In this document: piece after piece, positions 58,423-64,000 of the stretch
Layout: each line of letters starts with the position of its first letter
Position numbering within the stretch: position 1 is the stretch's first letter
NCBI RefSeq assembly: GCF_012295525.1
Contig: NZ_CP051167.1
Location: forward strand, 5,557,299 to 5,621,298
Source of the DNA: Oxynema aestuarii AP17
GTDB lineage: Bacteria > Cyanobacteriota > Cyanobacteriia > Cyanobacteriales > Laspinemataceae
Reading direction: 5' to 3'
Length of the DNA stretch: 64,000 nt
The notes under the pieces: generated by a model
What the model saw: the letters and a program-made list of their open reading frames with translations, nothing else
What the model was told of the DNA's origin: nothing
The model's database searches: none
Made by a program: the position numbers and the translations under genes

Positions 58423-61400
58423 TCAGTACAAGTCGTCATAGGTGTACTCAATTACTCGACCGTTATTTTCCTCCACCTTTGTCCGCTGTCCTGCTGCGTT
58501 TAAGGTATATCGGTAACTAAAAAGTGTCACTTCTTGACCCGTACTGGGTTCGACCTTTAAATTTTTCAAGAAGACTAGACGATTTAATTCGTCGTACTCG
58601 CGAAGTTCAATCGTGCCATTAGGGAATTCCGTTCGGGTGAGGTTGCCAGCTTTGTCATAAGCGTATTGCGTCACCCCTAAGTCAGGAGTGGTAACGGTTT
58701 CAAGTTGATTGTACCTGTCGTAAGTATAATATGTCGTACCAGAGGAAGTTGTTACTGAGGTAATATTGCCAGCCCCATCATAAGTGTACTCTATCTTACG
58801 CCCATCCGATTCAGTGCGCTCGATAAGTCGATCGCGCTCGTCGTACTTATAAGTGGTTGTCCGAGTCATTCCTGCCTCGATTTCCGTTACTGTGTGGCGC
58901 AATCCAGTAGGTGTGTAGGTGTATTCAAGGGACCTGCCATCGGGGAAACGTTCAGCAGTTAGATGGTTAAGCGAATCGTATTCGTAGGAAACGCTATCTT
59001 GGTTGAAATCCTTTGCACTCAGAAGGTTTCCTACAGCATCGTAGGTAGTTTGAGAGTATTGGAATTCGGGCAACACTGTTCCCACTCGACGTCCCAATTC
59101 ATCGTATTCGTAAGTGGTAACATCGCCGTTAGCATTTTTGATGCTGGTTAAGTTGCCACTGAAATCGTAGCCGTACTCAGTTCGTTGTTTCAGAGCATCT
59201 ACCACAGCTACGAGTCGTCCTTGAGGATCGTATTCAAACTCTGTTTTCTTGCCAACCTGGTCAGTTATCGAGGTGACGCGCCCTAAGTTGTCGTAAGTTG
59301 TTGTGGTGTAGGTATTATCGGGAAAGTGTGTTTCGCTCAAGCGACCCAACTCGTCATAGACAAAGCGAGTCGTATTTCCCATTTGGTCAGTCTCGCTAAT
59401 TTGATTGCCAAACTCATCGTAAGTTATTGTTTTGCGACGGCAACCGCAACTGCTGCGAGATTCAATTACGCGACCTAACGTATCGTATTCGTACTCATTT
59501 CGATTACCTCGTTCGTCAATCTCAGCTACGACCCAACCGAGTTCGTTGTATTCAGTTTTGGTTCTGGGGTTATCTGCTAAGTCATCTGGGGTATTGTCTG
59601 GATGGATGACTTCCACTAAGCGATCGAGCAAGTCATAAACAAAATAGGTAGTACGACCTGCTTGGTCTGTGAAAGAATGTTTGCGTCCCACCGCATCATA
59701 AGTAGTGACAGTGCGACTGCCATCGGCATAGTGAGTTTCAATTGGACGACCGACGCGATCGTAAACAAACTTGGTCGTGTGGTTCCGAGCGTTTGTTTCG
59801 CTTAACCGATTTCCCACTGAATCGTAGGTGTATTTAGTTTCATTGTTGAGAGCATCGCGCATAAGAGTCCGACGACCTGTTTTATCGTCCTCGTACTCGG
59901 TACGATACCCCCGCTCGTCAATTTTAGCTTTAATTTGACCAGCTTGGCTGTATTCTGTTTTAGTTCTAGGGTTGTCGGAAAGATTGTTAGGTGTATCATC
60001 TGGGTAAATAGTTTCTATTAGTCGATTTAGAGCGTCGTAGACGAAATGCGTCATTTGTCCTTGTTGGTCAAGGACAGCCACTTTTCGGCCTGCCTTATCG
60101 TAAACAAACCGCTCTAATGTTCCGTCAGGATATAAGGTTTCTTCAAGATGGCCTTTCTCGTTATAACGGTATTCGGTACGACGATTTTTTGTACCTTCTT
60201 CAACCAGAGCGGTTAGGTTGCCCAATTGGTCATATTCGTGGCGGATGACATGACCCGATGAGTCAGTTTTTGTCAAGACATTCCCTTTGCTATCGTATGT
60301 CCATTTGGTGACCAGTGTCTTTTTACCTTCAGGGGTGGTAACAGTAACGGTTTCAGTAAGTTGGTTGCCATTGTTGTCATAAGTGTAAGTCGTTTCATTC
60401 CCCAAAACATCAATTTGACGAGTGACATTGCCAAAAGAATCGTATTCAAATTGGGTGGTATTACCGTCGGCATCGGTGAGAGAAGTGACATTACCAAACT
60501 CATCGGTAGTTTGCTTGATAACTTTCCCTTGTGCGTTCGTGGTGCTGAGGAGGTTTCTTCTACTGTCGTAGGTGTAGGTAATGGTGTTCCCTAGAGGGTC
60601 AGTTTTAGTTAAGACTTGCCCCAAACTATTGTAAGTGTATCGGGCTACGTTACCAAGAGGATCGGTTATGGCGAGCAAGTTGCCATTACTGTCATAGTCA
60701 TATTTGATAGTATTGCCCTCTGGGTCAGTTTCACTTAGCAAGTTATTGTCTTTATCATAAGACTGCTTGCTAATTCCTCCTACTGCATTCACTTTTTGAA
60801 CTATATTCCCCCGCTCATCATACACATAAGTCGTCGGGTTCCCAAACACATCCAACACCGTTTGAGTCGAATTATCCGGGTCATAAACCAACTCAACCGC
60901 TTCGCCATTCACATCCAGCATCCGCTTCAATCGACCCGACTCATCATACTCGGTCCGTACCCCAGTTCGTCCCAACGGGTCAATGATTTCTTCTAAGTAA
61001 TGTTCTCGTTCCTCATGATACTCAAACCTTGTGGTATTCTCCTCGCGATCCGTAACCCCAACTAAATCCCCATTCTCATCATATTCATACTGAATCTTAT
61101 TCCCCTCCGGGTCAACTGCCGCCACAATCCGACCCGACGCATTGCGCTCAAACGTCACCGACTTCCCAGTAGAACTGAAAATCCCCTCATCCGAATAAGT
61201 CAGCGTATTGCCATTCGTATCCGTCACCGTCAATAAATCGCCAGTTGTCCCATCAATCACATACTCAATACCCTCCTTCGTTCTCAGCGTATAACTCCCG
61301 CCAAAGAACGAATTTGCTGGATTGTAAGGCGACCCACTCGGATGATAGTATTGACCCGTCTCCTGATTGTAAAGCAACTGAGTTTTTTGAGCACTCAACG

Positions 61401-62355
61401 TCACCTGTTCCCCATCATCCGTCTCAAACGCTGGATTGTAGAAAATCATGCTTTGGGGTAAAGGTGCTCCCATCCGCAACGCCTTGACAATCTCCGGATC
61501 CATCACAGGTTTGAACGTAAACCCAGTCCGCTTCCCACCGGGTAACGTCACGTAAACCCGCGTACCTTCCTCAAATCCAACTGAAGGAATCCCCGTCTGT
61601 TCGTACAGTTCATCCCGTCCCACAGAAGTCCGTAAATCTGTATCCCGGAACTCCAAGCGCCATCCATATCCAAAATCATCGGATTGGTTCGTGGTTAGCG
61701 TATCGTAAGTCCGCGTCAGGTTAATCGGAATCCCCGCTACTGGAACCTCCAAATCCGTAAACGATAAGCGGAAATTGCCTAATTTTAACTCCCCAGCAAC
61801 ATCCACCATTTGTTCTGTCGAAGCACTATTCCCACTTTCATCCGTCGCCGTCAACCGCAGAATGTAAGTATCATTTTGCAGCAGGGTCGGGTCAAACTCT
61901 GCCAATTTCCCATTGGTTATCTGAGAATTTCCCGATGCAATTTCGACAAACTCTCCACCGGATGCAGGTGCAATAGATAGGACGTAATTCGTCAAGTTGT
62001 CATCCGTTACCGTCCCAATAATATCGGTAAAATCGGTCAGCGGTTTCTCTCCAAGGGTGGGAGATAGTTCTACAATAGGAGGATTCAGGTCATTGGGGTC
62101 GTAAACCCGAATGTCAATGCTACTTTCACCCAAATTTCCCGCCGCATCTACCGCAACTGCTTTAGCGGTTAACGTTCCCAATTCTGAAGGGGTGTAACTT
62201 GCTGTTCCATTGGCAGTTAAGGTAACGGGAACTTCATCCACAAACAATTGGACACCTTCTACGCCAATATTATCGGTGGCATTAGTAAAGAAAGTGATGG
62301 GAGTGCCTAACGGGACTTCAAAATCGCCATCTACGATAAATACGCCTGAAGGCAA
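58423..62355 (-). CDS. N-terminal 1310 aa of the main Rhs/YD-repeat protein (Ig-like N-terminal domains plus YD repeats), ending at an in-frame TGA
   Basis: N-terminal beta-rich Ig/cadherin-like region, then tens of YD repeats. Ends ...YTYDDLY* exactly where the orphan copy reads YDDLYRLTKEAIADPV. The downstream ORF continues in the same frame (LIEEKITDPVAGDRTINYTYDG). Confidence 0.85.
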   Translation of the reverse strand: MPSGVFIVDGDFEVPLGTPITFFTNATDNIGVEGVQLFVDEVPVTLTANGTASYTPSELGTLTAKAVAVDAAGNLGESSIDIRVYDPNDLNPPIVELSPTLGEKPLTDFTDIIGTVTDDNLTNYVLSIAPASGGEFVEIASGNSQITNGKLAEFDPTLLQNDTYILRLTATDESGNSASTEQMVDVAGELKLGNFRLSFTDLEVPVAGIPINLTRTYDTLTTNQSDDFGYGWRLEFRDTDLRTSVGRDELYEQTGIPSVGFEEGTRVYVTLPGGKRTGFTFKPVMDPEIVKALRMGAPLPQSMIFYNPAFETDDGEQVTLSAQKTQLLYNQETGQYYHPSGSPYNPANSFFGGSYTLRTKEGIEYVIDGTTGDLLTVTDTNGNTLTYSDEGIFSSTGKSVTFERNASGRIVAAVDPEGNKIQYEYDENGDLVGVTDREENTTRFEYHEEREHYLEEIIDPLGRTGVRTEYDESGRLKRMLDVNGEAVELVYDPDNSTQTVLDVFGNPTTYVYDERGNIVQKVNAVGGISKQSYDKDNNLLSETDPEGNTIKYDYDSNGNLLAITDPLGNVARYTYNSLGQVLTKTDPLGNTITYTYDSRRNLLSTTNAQGKVIKQTTDEFGNVTSLTDADGNTTQFEYDSFGNVTRQIDVLGNETTYTYDNNGNQLTETVTVTTPEGKKTLVTKWTYDSKGNVLTKTDSSGHVIRHEYDQLGNLTALVEEGTKNRRTEYRYNEKGHLEETLYPDGTLERFVYDKAGRKVAVLDQQGQMTHFVYDALNRLIETIYPDDTPNNLSDNPRTKTEYSQAGQIKAKIDERGYRTEYEDDKTGRRTLMRDALNNETKYTYDSVGNRLSETNARNHTTKFVYDRVGRPIETHYADGSRTVTTYDAVGRKHSFTDQAGRTTYFVYDLLDRLVEVIHPDNTPDDLADNPRTKTEYNELGWVVAEIDERGNRNEYEYDTLGRVIESRSSCGCRRKTITYDEFGNQISETDQMGNTTRFVYDELGRLSETHFPDNTYTTTTYDNLGRVTSITDQVGKKTEFEYDPQGRLVAVVDALKQRTEYGYDFSGNLTSIKNANGDVTTYEYDELGRRVGTVLPEFQYSQTTYDAVGNLLSAKDFNQDSVSYEYDSLNHLTAERFPDGRSLEYTYTPTGLRHTVTEIEAGMTRTTTYKYDERDRLIERTESDGRKIEYTYDGAGNITSVTTSSGTTYYTYDRYNQLETVTTPDLGVTQYAYDKAGNLTRTEFPNGTIELREYDELNRLVFLKNLKVEPSTGQEVTLFSYRYTLNAAGQRTKVEENNGRVIEYTYDDLY

Positions 62356-62498
62356 TACTTGTACTAAGGGAGATATGGTATCGGAGGAAACTTCGAGTAT
62401 GAGGTTTCCGCATAGAGTTGGGGAATAAAGGGAGTCTAATGAAAGATCTGTTGACTCATGTTGTTTGATACAAATGGTGTTAAAATTAAGGCAGGAAC

Positions 62499-62975
62499 TT
62501 GGATTTAGGGAGATTAATGATGGATGGGGAAGAACTGCTCAGACGCTACGATGCGGGAGAGAGAGATTTTCGAGCAATTATTTTGCAGCATACTGACTTA
62601 AGCAATGTTAAGTTAGATTCGGTCAATCTAAGCGGTGCTTGCTTTTACCATGTCAACCTTCAGAGTGCTAACTTAAAAAATGTTAACTTAAGCAGTACCG
62701 AATGGTCGGACTGTAATTTATCGGTTATGCAATTCTGGTTATGTAATCTGAAAGATGCTACGATCGAGCAGTGTGATTTGGAGAGTGCCAGATTTTTTGA
62801 CTGCGATCTCAGAGGTATAAGAATTAGTCTTTCAAATGTAAGCCGTGCTGCTTTTATTAGAGTAAATTTTCAAGATGCTAAGTTGGGTGGTTCTGGCGAA
62901 GATCCTTGTGAATTCTGGGATGTTATTCGACCGGACGGAGTTTTTATATCCGGTTTTACTTACCATATAACTTGA
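62499..62975 (+). CDS. pentapeptide-repeat protein
   Basis: Consecutive A(D/N)LSx units: DLSNVKLDSVNLSGACFYHVNLQSANLKNVNLSSTEWSDCNLS... Confidence 0.85.
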   Translation: MDLGRLMMDGEELLRRYDAGERDFRAIILQHTDLSNVKLDSVNLSGACFYHVNLQSANLKNVNLSSTEWSDCNLSVMQFWLCNLKDATIEQCDLESARFFDCDLRGIRISLSNVSRAAFIRVNFQDAKLGGSGEDPCEFWDVIRPDGVFISGFTYHIT

Positions 62976-63130
62976 CCATACGCAACCTGAATAGTAAAGA
63001 CATTAAGTTAAAATAAATATGCTGGATAAATCGTTAAAAATTCATAACAAAAACCCCTTATAGAAGTCAAGTCAAAAAATTACAAAATAAGAATTGCTGA
63101 ACCAATATGCCCCCAAAATATAAAATGTAA

Positions 63131-63170
63131 AAATAGCGGTTCTCGTCTTCGTGAGGCCGCTATTTTTTTT
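63131..63170. terminator. bidirectional rho-independent terminator between convergent genes
   Basis: aaatagcgg-ttctcgtcttcgtgagg-ccgctattt stem-loop, followed by a T8 run and preceded by an A-run. Confidence 0.55.
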
Positions 63171-63178
63171 AGAAAAAC

Positions 63179-64000
63179 TTAGCTATTCAAAGTCTGCTGA
63201 ATAGTTTCTGGTAGATTTGACAGGAAATCAAAATTAAAGTCATAATCGCGAACTCGGTTACGCTCATTCAGAATGTGGGTCAGTTCTGGAATAGTGACTC
63301 GCCAGGTATCTGGGTTTCTCCAATCCGTTGGATTAGTGATGTTCCCGCGATTGTTGTTCAAAAACTGGGAAAATACATTCAGTGGATTGGCAATCCCTTC
63401 TGAGGATACATTATTCCAATCTGGTTCCGCTCTATTGGGGGTTATATATGCGAAACCTTCTATGTTTGACGAAGTAATATCGGCTCCTGGCTGTTCTAAG
63501 GCGATGATACTTTTCCACGTCCATTTAGGAATGTGAATTTCTTGGCTGACTAAATTGTCAGGGTTTGTATTTCCCCTATTTACATTCAGGTTAAGTAATT
63601 CGGGTACATTTGTTCTTGGTTGAGAATTATCATTATTGCCAAAAGCTCCAGCAAAAATATAAAGCTCTTCCCCCTGAGCAGCCCGTGGAAACACCACTTT
63701 ATCTTCTATATTGAACCAAGCAGAAGCATCTCTGGGATTGTCACTTCCCGACACAAAAAATCGATTATTATCCATTGATTGGGCAATCAAATTAGTTGTG
63801 AGGTAGGTTGATAACTGGTCTTTGGGGTGTCTTCGTTTATCGCGATCGGGAGCCAAATGTCCTCGATCCATTCCCAATCCTGTAAAAATATTTGCATCAT
63901 AGCTGGACAGGCCACTCGCTAATAAATCAGGGTCAGCTATAAATTCAGGTCTTCTTAGTAATCCTGTTGGGAATTCTCCCGGTTCGGGTTGTGGTTGTGT
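63179..64000 (-). CDS. DNA/RNA non-specific endonuclease (NucA/Serratia-nuclease family), 5' end beyond window
   Basis: DRGHLAP active-site motif (DRGH) and Asn-rich C-terminus. The reading frame stays open upstream to nt 64000; the track start at 63877 is a TTG. Confidence 0.7.
   Translation of the reverse strand, partial: TQPQPEPGEFPTGLLRRPEFIADPDLLASGLSSYDANIFTGLGMDRGHLAPDRDKRRHPKDQLSTYLTTNLIAQSMDNNRFFVSGSDNPRDASAWFNIEDKVVFPRAAQGEELYIFAGAFGNNDNSQPRTNVPELLNLNVNRGNTNPDNLVSQEIHIPKWTWKSIIALEQPGADITSSNIEGFAYITPNRAEPDWNNVSSEGIANPLNVFSQFLNNNRGNITNPTDWRNPDTWRVTIPELTHILNERNRVRDYDFNFDFLSNLPETIQQTLNS

Noticed and set aside
1-64000. Search for tRNA/rRNA genes (cloverleaf-end motifs such as GGTTCGAATCC/GGTTCGATTCC and their complements)
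   Set aside because: No convincing T-arm or acceptor motifs were found by eye. A tRNAscan-SE run would be needed to be sure.

Overview
The window is a cyanobacterial chromosomal segment. The evidence is the HIP1 octamer GCGATCGC recurring every ~100-200 bp across the first ~36 kb, heptanucleotide tandem repeats, and many WD40, HEAT, pentapeptide and Uma2-family proteins. It has three parts. (1) 1-36 kb is core housekeeping: two prepilin-like genes, glgB, an FtsL-like gene plus ftsI, pgi, a NarL-type response regulator, a low-molecular-weight tyrosine phosphatase, ybaB, murB-murC, nadD, gap, thiL, a thylakoid-lumen-type cyclophilin, efp-accB and an ArsR regulator. Among them sit a tnpB-only IS605-family element, a large HEAT-repeat protein, a tandem pair of Uma2 endonuclease genes bracketed by ~75-bp inverted repeats, and a large NTPase-remnant/WD40/TPR gene that is frameshifted. 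(2) ~36.7-52.3 kb is a HIP1-poor island that looks plasmid- or ICE-derived. It holds an XRE regulator, a co-directional operon with a ParM-like actin ATPase, a small ribbon-helix-helix (RHH) protein, membrane proteins and an FtsK/TraD-like P-loop ATPase, a second RHH protein with an acidic repeat region flanked by two dense GTCTAC-hexamer iteron arrays (candidate origin or centromere), a complete Tn3-family transposon (tnpA, tnpR, ~40-bp terminal inverted repeats), and a junkyard of gene fragments (truncated large serine recombinase, group II intron protein fragment, recD2 5' fragment). (3) 52.3-64 kb is an Rhs polymorphic-toxin locus: a ~1.84-kaa main Rhs gene interrupted by one in-frame TGA, a SUKH/SMI1-KNR4 immunity gene, and an orphan Rhs C-terminal cassette with a glycine-zipper tip plus its small immunity gene, both immunity genes AT-rich. 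A pentapeptide-repeat gene and a partial NucA-family (DRGH) endonuclease gene close the window. No rRNA, tRNA or CRISPR was recognised. The main novelty candidates are the iteron-flanked RHH module with the ParM/FtsK-like operon, the inverted-repeat-bracketed Uma2 pair, and the Rhs locus with its in-frame stop.
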